From Dehalococcoidia bacterium (GTDB lineage: Bacteria > Chloroflexota > Dehalococcoidia > Lucifugimonadales > JAGWBF01): a stretch of DNA of 64,000 nt. Below, one piece after another: positions 54,396 through 63,221 of the stretch (positions are counted from its first letter, which is position 1; each line of letters opens with the position of its first letter). Location: assembly GCA_965261965.1 (NCBI GenBank), contig OZ253489.1:3026281-3090280 (forward strand), in the 5' to 3' direction. Both the position numbers and the translations under genes were made by a program. A model generated the notes under the pieces. That model made no database searches and was not told the origin of the DNA. It saw only the letters and a list, made by a program, of their open reading frames with translations.

Positions 54396-56175
54396 CACTC
54401 CCCACTGTCATTCCGAAACGGAGTGAGGAATCTAAGGTCTGCCCCGATGGCCTGTCCATTACTACGACGAGCCTTTGTATGAGCGGGCATCTTAGATTCT
54501 TCGTCGTGCGCTCCTCAGAATGACAATGGGGAGGAAGCGCTCCTCAGAATGACAATGGGGAGGAAGTGCTCCTCGGAATGACAATGGGGAGGAAGCGCTC
54601 CTCGGAATGACAATGACGGAGGGTCACTCCGAGCGCGCGCCACCGTCATTCCGAAACGCCCCAGCTGTCATTCCGAGTGCTCCCCACTGTCATTCCGAAA
54701 CGGAGTGAGGAATCTAAGGTCTGCCCCGATGGCCTGTCCATTACTACGACGAGCCTTTGTATGAGCGGGCATCTTAGATTCTTCGTCGTGCGCTCCTCAG
54801 AATGACAATGGGGAGGAAACGCTCCTCGGAATGACAATGACGGAGGGTCACTCCGAGCGCTCCCCACCGTCATTCCGAAACACCCCAGCTGTCATTCCGA
54901 ACGCTCCCCACTGTCATTCCGAACCCTCCCCACTGTCATTCGGAACCCTCCCCACTGTCATTCCGAAACGGAGTGAGGAACCTAAGGTCTGCCCCGATGG
55001 CCTGTCCATTACTACGACGAGCCTTTGTATGAGCGGGCATCTTAGATTCTTCGTCGTGCGCTCCTCAGAATGACAATGGGGAGGAAACGCTCCTCGGAAT
55101 GACAATGAGGGAGGGTCATTCCGAACGCCCCCCACTGTCATTCCGAACGCTCCCCACTGTCATTCCGAAACACCCCAGCTGTCATTCCGAAACACCCCAG
55201 CTGTCATTCCGAACGCTCCCCGCTGTCATTCCGAAACGGAGTGAGGAATCTAAGGTCTGCCCCGATGGCCTGTCCATTACTACGACGAGCCTTTGTATGA
55301 GCGGGCATCTTAGATTCTTCGTCGTGCGCTCCTCAGAATGACAATGGGGAGGAAGCGCTCCTCGGAATGACAATGACGGAGGGTCACTCCGAGTGCTCCC
55401 CACTGTCATTCCGAAACACCCCGGCTGTCATTCCGAGTGCTCCCCACTGTCATTCCGAACCCTCCCCACTGTCATTCGGAACCCTCCCAACTGTCATTCC
55501 GAACGCTCCCCACTGTCATTCCGAAACGGAGTGAGGAATCTAAGGTCTGCCCCGATGGCCTGTCCATTACTACGACGAGCCTTCGAATGAGCCGGTATCT
55601 TAGATTCTTCGGCGTGCGCGCCTCAGAATGACAGTAAGGAGGAAGTGCTCCTCAGAATGACAGTAAGGAGGAAGTGCTCCTCAGAATGACAATGACAATG
55701 ACGGAGGGTCATTCCAAACTCCCGCCGCTGTCATTCCGAACGCCCTCCAATGTCATTCCGAGCGCCCCCCACTGTCATTCCGAAACGGAGTGAGGAATCT
55801 AAAATCTCCCTCTGATGGCCTGTCCATTACTACGACGAGCCTTTGTGTGAGCAGGCATCTTAGATTCTTCGTCGTGCGCTCCTCAGAATGACAATGACGG
55901 AGTGTGATTCCAGACGCCCGCTGCTGTCATTCCGAACCCTCCCCACTGTCATTCCGGGTTCCCTCACTGTCGTTCCAGACGGAGTGAGGAATCTAAGGTC
56001 TGCCCCTGATGTCTGGTTCATTACTATGACGAGCCTTTGTGTGAGCAGGCATCTTAGATTCTTCGTCGTGCGCTCCTCAGAATGACGGGGAGGGGAGGAG
56101 GCGCTCCTCGGAATGGCGGTGAGGGAGTTCCCGGCGCTTTGGCCAAGCTCAGGGTAATTGCTTTTACCTGCAATC
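54396..56175 (-). repeat. Composite palindromic repeat array 4 (reverse orientation, 7 cores)
   Basis: Cores (reverse complement of the array 1/3 core) at 54407-54524, 54689-54806, 54957-55074, 55225-55342, 55515-55632, 55774-55892 and 55969-56086. 22-bp units CTGTCATTCCGAACGCTCCCCA lie on the left of each core and 29-bp units GCTCCTCAGAATGACAATGGGGAGGAAGC on the right. The boundary box is at 56167-56174 (CCTGCAAT, reverse complement ATTGCAGG). Confidence 0.9.
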
Positions 56176-56181
56176 AACTTT

Positions 56182-56265
56182 GTGGTAAGTTGGACACCTG
56201 TGAGCGAAGTAACTCTTCTTACGGTGGTAAGTTGGACACCTGTGAGCGAAGCAACTCTTCTTACG
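56182..56265 (+). repeat. Two tandem 42-bp units immediately upstream of the RBS of the BNR-repeat gene
   Basis: GTGGTAAGTTGGACACCTGTGAGCGAAGTAACTCTTCTTACG at 56182-56223, repeated at 56224-56265 with one T/C difference. AAAGGGGG RBS and ATG 56282 follow. Confidence 0.85.
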
Positions 56266-56281
56266 AAAGGGGGTAACGGCA

Positions 56282-57340
56282 ATGTCTACAGAAACCCAAT
56301 CCTATATCTTCGTTGGTGGAGAATTGGGAGGAGTGGTAAGGCAGCGCGTTGGCGATGATAAATGGAGATGGCAGAAGCTCATCAATGGCCTACCTCCCAA
56401 CGTGCTTGTAACACGAATAGCGGTTCATCCCACCCGCCCGGAAACAGTGTTCTTGGGTTCCAGAGATGGCGCGTACCGAAGCACGGACAATGGAAATAGC
56501 TGGGTGCAGCTCAACCTGGGAGAAGCTAACCAACAGGGTTGGTCCTTCACATTCCATCCCACAGACCCGGATACGGTCTACCTTGGCACATCCCAAGCTT
56601 CAGTCGAAGCCAGAAAGGGCGGCGACCCGAAGATATTCCGTAGCTTGGATGGCGGGTCTACTTGGTCAGAGCTACCTTTCTCGGCAGATTCCAAGAATAA
56701 CTGCCCCAATGTACATGAGGTGCGGGTGATCCAGATGGCGATTAACCCGGCCGCCCCGTCAGAAATCTATGTCGGGATCGAGGTTGGAGGCATGTACCGC
56801 AGCTTGGACAGCGGAGAAAGCTGGGAGCCGATCAACAACGGACTCATGGATGAAGATTGGGTCCCTGGGGTAGCTGGCACAGAAGCCAAGCTGGATGTTC
56901 ATTCGGTGCGCATAAGCGATGCTCGCGCCGGCACGATCATGATGATCGGACGATTGGGAACATGGGAAAGCTCGGACCGGGGAGAGCACTGGGAGCACCT
57001 TGATCTAAGCAGGTTTTCCGACATAGTGCACACAAGAGAGCTTGAGATCGACCCCCACGAACCCAGCAGATTATATATGGTCGCCGGGAAAGACCCATTT
57101 TCCGATGTAGGCTGCCTCATGCGCAGCAGAGATACGGGGCGGACATGGGAAAGAATAGACCGGGGGGTGGAGCCCAGCGGTACGGGCAGAGCGGTTTGTG
57201 TTGACTGGCGCGATCCTTCTCACATCTACTGGTGCACCCGGTATGGGCAGGTTTTTAGCAGCGAAAACAATGGATATTCGTGGCAAGAACACCCGTTGCG
57301 GGGTACTGTCACAGAAATACGAGGGTTTGCTGTAAGCTGA
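56282..57340 (+). CDS. BNR/Asp-box repeat beta-propeller protein (sialidase/Ycf48-like fold)
   Basis: Six S-x-D-x-G-x-x-W boxes: STDNGNSW, SLDGGSTW, SLDSGESW, SSDRGEHW, SRDTGRTW, SSENNGYSW. Confidence 0.8.
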   Translation: MSTETQSYIFVGGELGGVVRQRVGDDKWRWQKLINGLPPNVLVTRIAVHPTRPETVFLGSRDGAYRSTDNGNSWVQLNLGEANQQGWSFTFHPTDPDTVYLGTSQASVEARKGGDPKIFRSLDGGSTWSELPFSADSKNNCPNVHEVRVIQMAINPAAPSEIYVGIEVGGMYRSLDSGESWEPINNGLMDEDWVPGVAGTEAKLDVHSVRISDARAGTIMMIGRLGTWESSDRGEHWEHLDLSRFSDIVHTRELEIDPHEPSRLYMVAGKDPFSDVGCLMRSRDTGRTWERIDRGVEPSGTGRAVCVDWRDPSHIYWCTRYGQVFSSENNGYSWQEHPLRGTVTEIRGFAVS

Positions 57341-57341
57341 C

Positions 57342-58997
57342 ATGACTATTGATGTTGCTACCGGCATCGCCCGTATCCTAAAACAAGAAGGTGTGGACTG
57401 GGTGTCGACCTTCCCGGTCTGCAGGGTGAACAACGCTCTGGGACGGGAAGGCATCCCGATGATCATGATGCGGGATGATCGGTATGCCGTTGCGCTGGCT
57501 GATGCTTTCTCCCGCATAACCGCGGGCGGTCGCACCGGCGTTTGTACCTTCCAAGGCGGCGTCAATGCAGCTGGGCTGCAGGTCGCTTATGCCGGCTTGG
57601 CGCAGGCATTCGAAGATGGTTCGCCCGTCCTTTGTATAACCGATGGGGTCCCCATCGGGGCATCTGAAAACAGCCAGTTCGATGTTGCCTCAAGTTTGAA
57701 GTCGGTCTCCAAGTGGTACGGCTTCTTGGATGCCCCGCATCGTGTGCCCGAATTTATGCGCCGTGCCTTCACCATGCTAAGAACAGGAAGACCGGGCCCG
57801 GTGGTGCTTGCCATTCCGGATGCTGATGGCCTTTATGATGAAACGGCAGACCCCTACGTGCCCGTGAAAGGCTGGAGATCGACAGCTGATGCCGCCGATG
57901 TTTCAACAGCTGTCGATCTGCTTCTAAAGGCCAAAGACCCCCTGATATATGCTGGCGAAGGCGTTATATACGCTGGCGCTTCGGCAGATCTCAGGTCCTT
58001 TGCTGAGATGGTTGGCCTGCCCGTTGTTTCAACCCTCAAAGCCAAGGGAGCATTTCCTGAAAACCACCCTTTGTTCGTGGGGGTTCGCGGCGAACATGTG
58101 GAAGGTTACTTGGAAAAGAGCGACCTGATCTTTGCTGTCGGCTCCAGCTTATCGCCGGGCCGATTCAGCCACGGGATACCCAACGCAGCAGCCAAGACCA
58201 TCATCCACTGCAACATGGATGAGCTCCATGTGAACAAAGTTTATTCCACTGCCTCCGCGTTGATCGGCGATGCCAAGCTGGTTCTCCAAGCACTTTCTCA
58301 AGAGCTGTCCACCCGAGACTTGTCTGGCAGACGGACGAGCTCGGAGATGGCATCAGAGGTCAAGACCGCTCGGGATGCTGGGCTTGCCCAGTATAGGAGT
58401 GCGATGGCTTCCGACGATATGCCCATCAACCCATATAGAGTTTATGCAGCGCTGATGGAGGCGTTGGATCCCTACAACTCATTCTTGACTCACGAATCGG
58501 GAAACACCCGGGACCAGCTAAGCACCGTTTATGACACCTTGGTGCCGCGCGGGTTTCTGGGGTGGGGCAACGTGTCATCCTTGGGGTTCAGCTTGGCTGC
58601 CACCATTGCAGCCAAGCTAACATTCCCTGAGAAGCAGTGTGTTGCGGTTACAGGAGAAGCTGGGTTGGGATATATGTTCGGCAACCTGGAGGTGCCTCTC
58701 CGCCAGAAGATGGGGATTACCATCGCCCACGTCAGCAACGGAGGCTTTGCAGGATATGGCCCCGGTTTTTGGGGTGCTGGCCATGATCCCTTTACCCACA
58801 AAGTGTTGGGCTATGATGATATTGATATGTCCAAGGTTATCGGTGAGCTGGGTTATCACACCGAACGGGTTACCGAACCGGCGGAAGTAGCTCCAGCTCT
58901 TTTGCGGGCTTTTTCAGCCAATCGATCGGACCAGCCATCATACATAGAATTCGTGTGCAGCCAATATCCTGTATATGGTCGATGGGTATCCAGGTGA
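57342..58997 (+). CDS. TPP-dependent enzyme, acetolactate-synthase/sulfoacetaldehyde-acetyltransferase-like family, atypical TPP motif
   Basis: 551 aa. N-terminal ILKQEGVDWVSTFP. The TPP-binding region reads VTGEAGLGYMFGNLEV...HVSNGGF (GEAG in place of GDG). It starts 1 nt after the upstream stop. Confidence 0.8.
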   Translation: MTIDVATGIARILKQEGVDWVSTFPVCRVNNALGREGIPMIMMRDDRYAVALADAFSRITAGGRTGVCTFQGGVNAAGLQVAYAGLAQAFEDGSPVLCITDGVPIGASENSQFDVASSLKSVSKWYGFLDAPHRVPEFMRRAFTMLRTGRPGPVVLAIPDADGLYDETADPYVPVKGWRSTADAADVSTAVDLLLKAKDPLIYAGEGVIYAGASADLRSFAEMVGLPVVSTLKAKGAFPENHPLFVGVRGEHVEGYLEKSDLIFAVGSSLSPGRFSHGIPNAAAKTIIHCNMDELHVNKVYSTASALIGDAKLVLQALSQELSTRDLSGRRTSSEMASEVKTARDAGLAQYRSAMASDDMPINPYRVYAALMEALDPYNSFLTHESGNTRDQLSTVYDTLVPRGFLGWGNVSSLGFSLAATIAAKLTFPEKQCVAVTGEAGLGYMFGNLEVPLRQKMGITIAHVSNGGFAGYGPGFWGAGHDPFTHKVLGYDDIDMSKVIGELGYHTERVTEPAEVAPALLRAFSANRSDQPSYIEFVCSQYPVYGRWVSR

Positions 58998-59102
58998 TCC
59001 TCAGCCATAATCTTGTCGACCTTGTCTGCGATGATGTACTTTTCCCTCAGAAGCGAGACCAGACCAGCGAGCCAACCTGCTTATATCCAAGAAGGTGAAC
59101 CA

Positions 59103-59645
59103 ATGACAACAACAAACACCCCGGAAGAAAAGGCATCCCCTGTTGCCACACCTGTGGAAGCCGAACTGCTGGCTGAATCCGTCCTGGAGCTTGGAATCAC
59201 CCATATCATCACTGTTCCCGATACAGTGCAGAAGACATTCTTAGCTCTGATGGAGCAGCAAGACAAGATCAAGGTGCTGACGGTATGCACCGAAGACGAA
59301 GCTATGGGCATAAACGTCGGACTACATGCCACCGGGCATAAGCCGATGATGGTTATCCAAAACAATGGTTTCTATGCCTCGATCAACACGCTGAAAGCGT
59401 TGGCTTTCGATGCACAGGTCCCCACCTTCATGTTTGTGGGCCAGTTCGGTAGGGACATTACGAAAGATGCAAATGATAACCGCCGGCGAGGAGTCAGGAT
59501 GCTGGAACCCACCATGCAGACCTGGGGTGTTCCCTACTACAATCTGGAAGGTCCGCAAGATATAGCCGTTGTTGCAGAAGCTTACCGGAAGTGCCAAGAA
59601 GTGGAAGGCCCGGTGGCGGTTATCATTGGAGCAGCTACGAGCTAG
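59103..59645 (+). CDS. Sulfopyruvate/phosphonopyruvate decarboxylase-like, alpha (TPP pyrimidine-binding) subunit
   Basis: ~180 aa from ATG 59103. LGITHIITVPDTVQKTF...VCTEDEAMGINVGLHATGHKPMMVIQNNGF resembles ComD/Ppd N-terminal halves. The start is uncertain (the ORF opens at 59013). Confidence 0.7.
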   Translation: MTTTNTPEEKASPVATPVEAELLAESVLELGITHIITVPDTVQKTFLALMEQQDKIKVLTVCTEDEAMGINVGLHATGHKPMMVIQNNGFYASINTLKALAFDAQVPTFMFVGQFGRDITKDANDNRRRGVRMLEPTMQTWGVPYYNLEGPQDIAVVAEAYRKCQEVEGPVAVIIGAATS

Positions 59646-59668
59646 CATCTGGGAAGTAGGTAGAGATA

Positions 59669-60226
59669 ATGCAACGACAAGAAGCTATAGATGCGTTGGG
59701 CGAATACCGGGGAGACACCATCAGCGTAGCCACCATGCAGGCAGCAGCTCCGTGGAAGGATGCAGGACAAGCACAGAAAGATCATGTAGATGCTTCCGAC
59801 TGTATGGGCAGTGCAGCATCTTTGGGGTTAGGTTTGGCGGTCGGAGCTCCGGACCGGAAGATAATGGTCCTGGATGGCGATGGCAGCTTGCTGATGCAGC
59901 TGGGTTCCTTGGTCACCATCGCATCCTTGGCTCCATCAAACTACTACCATTTTATCTTCTATAACGGGCTTTACCAAAGTTCAGGCAATCAGACCATACC
60001 GGGCTACGGGAAGATGGATTTTTGCCAGTTGGCGCTGGCTGCCGGGTACCGGAAAGTGTGGAAGGTTTCCAGCAAAGGCGAGTTTCTGGAGGTTCTACCG
60101 GAGATCATGGAATCTCAAGGCCCGGCGCTGATTGAGATCGAGATCGAAAGGGAAGAAGGACCAACGAGGTTCCCCGGCGTGCCGGTAGCTCCCCAGATCA
60201 AAGCTTTTAGAGCAAACTTTACATAA
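59669..60226 (+). CDS. Sulfopyruvate/phosphonopyruvate decarboxylase-like, beta (TPP diphosphate-binding) subunit
   Basis: 185 aa. CMGSAASLGLGLA...VLDGDGSLLMQLGSLVTI...FYNGLYQSSG (GDGS...N TPP motif), like ComE. Confidence 0.75.
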   Translation: MQRQEAIDALGEYRGDTISVATMQAAAPWKDAGQAQKDHVDASDCMGSAASLGLGLAVGAPDRKIMVLDGDGSLLMQLGSLVTIASLAPSNYYHFIFYNGLYQSSGNQTIPGYGKMDFCQLALAAGYRKVWKVSSKGEFLEVLPEIMESQGPALIEIEIEREEGPTRFPGVPVAPQIKAFRANFT

Positions 60227-60295
60227 AACTGACGGGCTGGGTTATCTTCTTGCCGCTGCCCGGGGTTTCTTTAGTCCAAGCCAAGCTGGTCGAGC

Positions 60296-61981
60296 CTACA
60301 GCGACCCATCGATGACGATGTCCAGCAAGGCTGGTTTTCCGGAAGCAAGGGCCCTATTCACCGCTGGGCCGATCTCCTTGGGGTCCGTTATTCGCTGGCC
60401 GTCCACCCCCATGCTTCTGGCGGTTGCAGCGAGGTCGAAGGGCGTGGGGAAATCGGAGTACAGCAGGTTGCTGCCGGCGGTTTCAACTTCCTTCAGTATA
60501 TCCTTCTGGTAGACGTTGTAGTTGGTCTTCAAGATGCGGTACATGCCGTTGTTGCAAATCACGAAAACGCAGGGGATGTTTTCGTTAGCGGCAGTCCACA
60601 GACCCTGAACGGTCATCATGGCGCTCCCGTCGCCTATGATGCCGAAAACGGGCCTGTCGGGGTTGGCGCACTGAGCGCCCATGGTGACGCCGATACCACC
60701 GCCGATGGAACCACCCCTGACACCTACGATATCGCCCCGCTTGGTCCCGTGGAAATAGTGCCGCATAGTAGCCCTGTGGCTGATGGAATCATCTACAACC
60801 ATCGCATTCGAGGGCAGCGCACTGGCAACCTCGTACATCATCCTGGCGGGACTCATGGGCGCGCCATCCCATTTTTCAGCTACCGAATCCTCAAACGTTT
60901 TCCGGATTGCTGCTGCTTCTTTTCTGGCTTCTTCGGCTCTATTTTTGATGATCCCTTCGTCGTGGGAAGAAAGCCGGGACCTAACCGACCCGACCAGCTC
61001 GGATAAGGCTAGCTTGCAGTGGGCAACTACGCCTACGTCGGTAGGTTCAGACCTGCCGACGCACCCGGGTATGGGATCAATGTGAATTAGCTTCGTGGTG
61101 GGCTTCAGGATAACATCACCCCAGTAGAACAGCTCTTCGAAGGTATCCATCCCGACCGCCAGCACGAGGTCCACATCTTCGAGAAGCTCCCTGTGACTGG
61201 GAACTCTGAGAGAGTGGCTTCCGCAGTACTGGGGATGATTTGTTGGGAACGAAACCTCAGCGCCCCTGGACTGGCGCACAGGCAAGCCAAGAAGCTCGGC
61301 AAGCTCCACAGCTTGGTCATTCGCTCCATCATCAGAAACACGGTCTCCGACGATCATCAAGGGGTTTTTTGCCGTCAGCAGCAAGGATGCAGCTTCGTCG
61401 ATCCCATCCAGGTCCGGCCGGTAAGCATCATGGATTTTGGCTGAAGGGATGATGTTCATCTCAGCTGAGCCTTCCATAGCATTGGCGCTGAACCCGACGT
61501 ATACCGGGCCCTTTGGATGACTGTTGGCTTCATTGAAAGCCCGCCGCATAACGCTGGGGATCTGGTCGGGGAGGGTCAGCTCAACCGCCCATTTTGTCAC
61601 AGGTCGGACCATCTCGGCCAAATCGGTCTTGCCTTCGGTTATCTTGCGGGCATCATAGTTGGCTGATGTGATAACCATGGGCGTTCCGGTGCGGTAAGCA
61701 TCCAACATGAGAGTGATGCCGTTGGCCAGGCCATTATCCACATGCAAACTGACAAAGGATGCTTTGCCCGTTGCCCTAGCATAAGCTTCACCCATCCCAA
61801 CCGCGACGCTTTCTTGCAGAGTCAGGATGTATCTAAATTCCGGATAATCTCCCAGCATGTCGATCAGTGGGCCTTCGCTTGTCCCGGGGTTGCCAAAGAT
61901 ATGATCGACACCTTCGGCTTTTAGCATCTCCAATATAGCCCTTTTCCCGGTCATCATTTCAGACATTACATATCCATCCAT
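60296..61981 (-). CDS. TPP-dependent enzyme, benzoylformate-decarboxylase/acetolactate-synthase-like
   Basis: MTGKRAILEMLKAEGVDHIFGNPGTSEGPL...; TPP motif GIIGDGSAMMTVQGLWTAANENIPCVFVICNNGMY. The start is ambiguous within the first 10 codons. Confidence 0.85.
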   Translation of the reverse strand: MDGYVMSEMMTGKRAILEMLKAEGVDHIFGNPGTSEGPLIDMLGDYPEFRYILTLQESVAVGMGEAYARATGKASFVSLHVDNGLANGITLMLDAYRTGTPMVITSANYDARKITEGKTDLAEMVRPVTKWAVELTLPDQIPSVMRRAFNEANSHPKGPVYVGFSANAMEGSAEMNIIPSAKIHDAYRPDLDGIDEAASLLLTAKNPLMIVGDRVSDDGANDQAVELAELLGLPVRQSRGAEVSFPTNHPQYCGSHSLRVPSHRELLEDVDLVLAVGMDTFEELFYWGDVILKPTTKLIHIDPIPGCVGRSEPTDVGVVAHCKLALSELVGSVRSRLSSHDEGIIKNRAEEARKEAAAIRKTFEDSVAEKWDGAPMSPARMMYEVASALPSNAMVVDDSISHRATMRHYFHGTKRGDIVGVRGGSIGGGIGVTMGAQCANPDRPVFGIIGDGSAMMTVQGLWTAANENIPCVFVICNNGMYRILKTNYNVYQKDILKEVETAGSNLLYSDFPTPFDLAATARSMGVDGQRITDPKEIGPAVNRALASGKPALLDIVIDGSL

Positions 61982-62082
61982 CAGTCAAATTCGGGCGGCT
62001 TCCTGTTGCTCCCCGGAGGAGTATTGCAGGAACGCCTAATGTAAGCTGTGGGCAGTGTGGGATACCAGGGGACATATCCCCT

Positions 62083-62913
62083 TCATGGCTCTATTCGCCT
62101 CAGCTTGTACGCATCCGACGCCATTATCTCAGATATGCGGGATGAAAGGTTCCAAAAATCATCCCTCGCAGCAAGAAAACGCCCGCTGAGATTTCCTGAT
62201 TCATCGCTTGCAAGAAAAACCGCCAATTCACCCACCTTCTTGATGGGCGTCCCCTCACCTTGGTTTACGGCCTTCGATCGTTCGTGCCACCATGTGTTGC
62301 CCACAGCCAAGGTCTTATCTTCTATCTCTTCCATCATACTGGTATGGACCCCTCCCGGCGACATGACGTTGATCTGAACGTTGGTGTCTTCCAGCTCTAA
62401 CGCAAGAGTTTCGGTGAGGGTTACGATAGCCGACTTGGATGCTTGATAAGCAGACATATGAGCGGTGCCGAATGTGCCTACGCCACCGCCCGAAAGACTG
62501 ATTATCTTGCCGCTGTTCTGCTCAAGCATGGCTGGCAGCACAGCCCGACAGCACAGATAGGTCCCGATGAGGTTCACCTGAATGGGGCGGATCCAGTCGG
62601 CTATTTCACCGGTGTGAGCGGGGCCTATGGGACCCAAGATGCCTGCATTATTTACCAGAATGTCCACGGCAGCGTACCGGCTCAGTGTCTGTTGCACCAT
62701 CTCTTCCACTTGCGCCGGCTCCGAAATGTCGGTGGGAATCACGCAGGTTTCTGCACCCATCTCCGCAGCTAGGCTGGCTGTTTCTTCCAACTCCGCTTTG
62801 TTGCGGGCGGCAAGGGCCAGCTTAGCTCCTTCTTGAGCGTAGGCCAAGGAAATGGCTCTGCCAATGCCGCGGCCCGCACCGGTAATCAGAGCCACCCGGT
62901 TTTTCAGTCGCAC
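62083..62913 (-). CDS. Short-chain dehydrogenase/reductase (SDR)
   Basis: VALITGAGRGIGRAI (TGxxxGIG), NNAG, YxxxK (YQASKSA). GTG start at 62913 lies 5 nt after GGGAGG. Confidence 0.85.
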   Translation of the reverse strand: MRLKNRVALITGAGRGIGRAISLAYAQEGAKLALAARNKAELEETASLAAEMGAETCVIPTDISEPAQVEEMVQQTLSRYAAVDILVNNAGILGPIGPAHTGEIADWIRPIQVNLIGTYLCCRAVLPAMLEQNSGKIISLSGGGVGTFGTAHMSAYQASKSAIVTLTETLALELEDTNVQINVMSPGGVHTSMMEEIEDKTLAVGNTWWHERSKAVNQGEGTPIKKVGELAVFLASDESGNLSGRFLAARDDFWNLSSRISEIMASDAYKLRRIEP

Positions 62914-63070
62914 AGATACCTCCCAAGCAAATTTGGATGATGGAGCATGAGGCCCGAACATCGGGCCGGATAACTATACAGTTTTATCACCGTTCGGCCC
63001 CAGCATCAACACCGGAGATAGGTTGCCACGTGCAGACACGGCGGAAAATGCAGGTAACCGCCCCCCTAGG

Positions 63071-63216
63071 AGTCTGTCCGAGAAACAATGTTCTAAACGA
63101 TATGCGTCATTAGTGGAGTGTAAAGATGCTAATTACTCCACGACAAAGTCCAGATTGCTGTAAGCAGGTTATTGCGTGGCGTTTTTCGTCTCCAGAAACG
63201 AATCCTCGGACAGGCT
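63071..63216 (+). mobile_element. 146-bp MITE related to the IS at 16059-17652
   Basis: Termini are AGTCTGTCCGAGAAAC at 63071 and AGCCTGTCCGAGGATT as the reverse complement of 63201-63216. They match the IS termini consensus AG..TGTC..A. Flanked by CCTAGG (63065-63070) and CCTAGC (63217-63222). No ORF. Internal hairpin GTGGAGT-N15-ACTCCAC. Confidence 0.7.
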
Positions 63217-63221
63217 CCTAG

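Noticed and set aside
54265-54406. A genomic island integrated at the tmRNA 3' end. I looked for a second copy of TTCGACCCTCCCCCGTCTCCACCA as an att site, and for an integrase.
   Set aside because: No duplicate of the tmRNA 3' end and no integrase gene occur anywhere in the window. The sequence downstream runs straight into repeat array 4.
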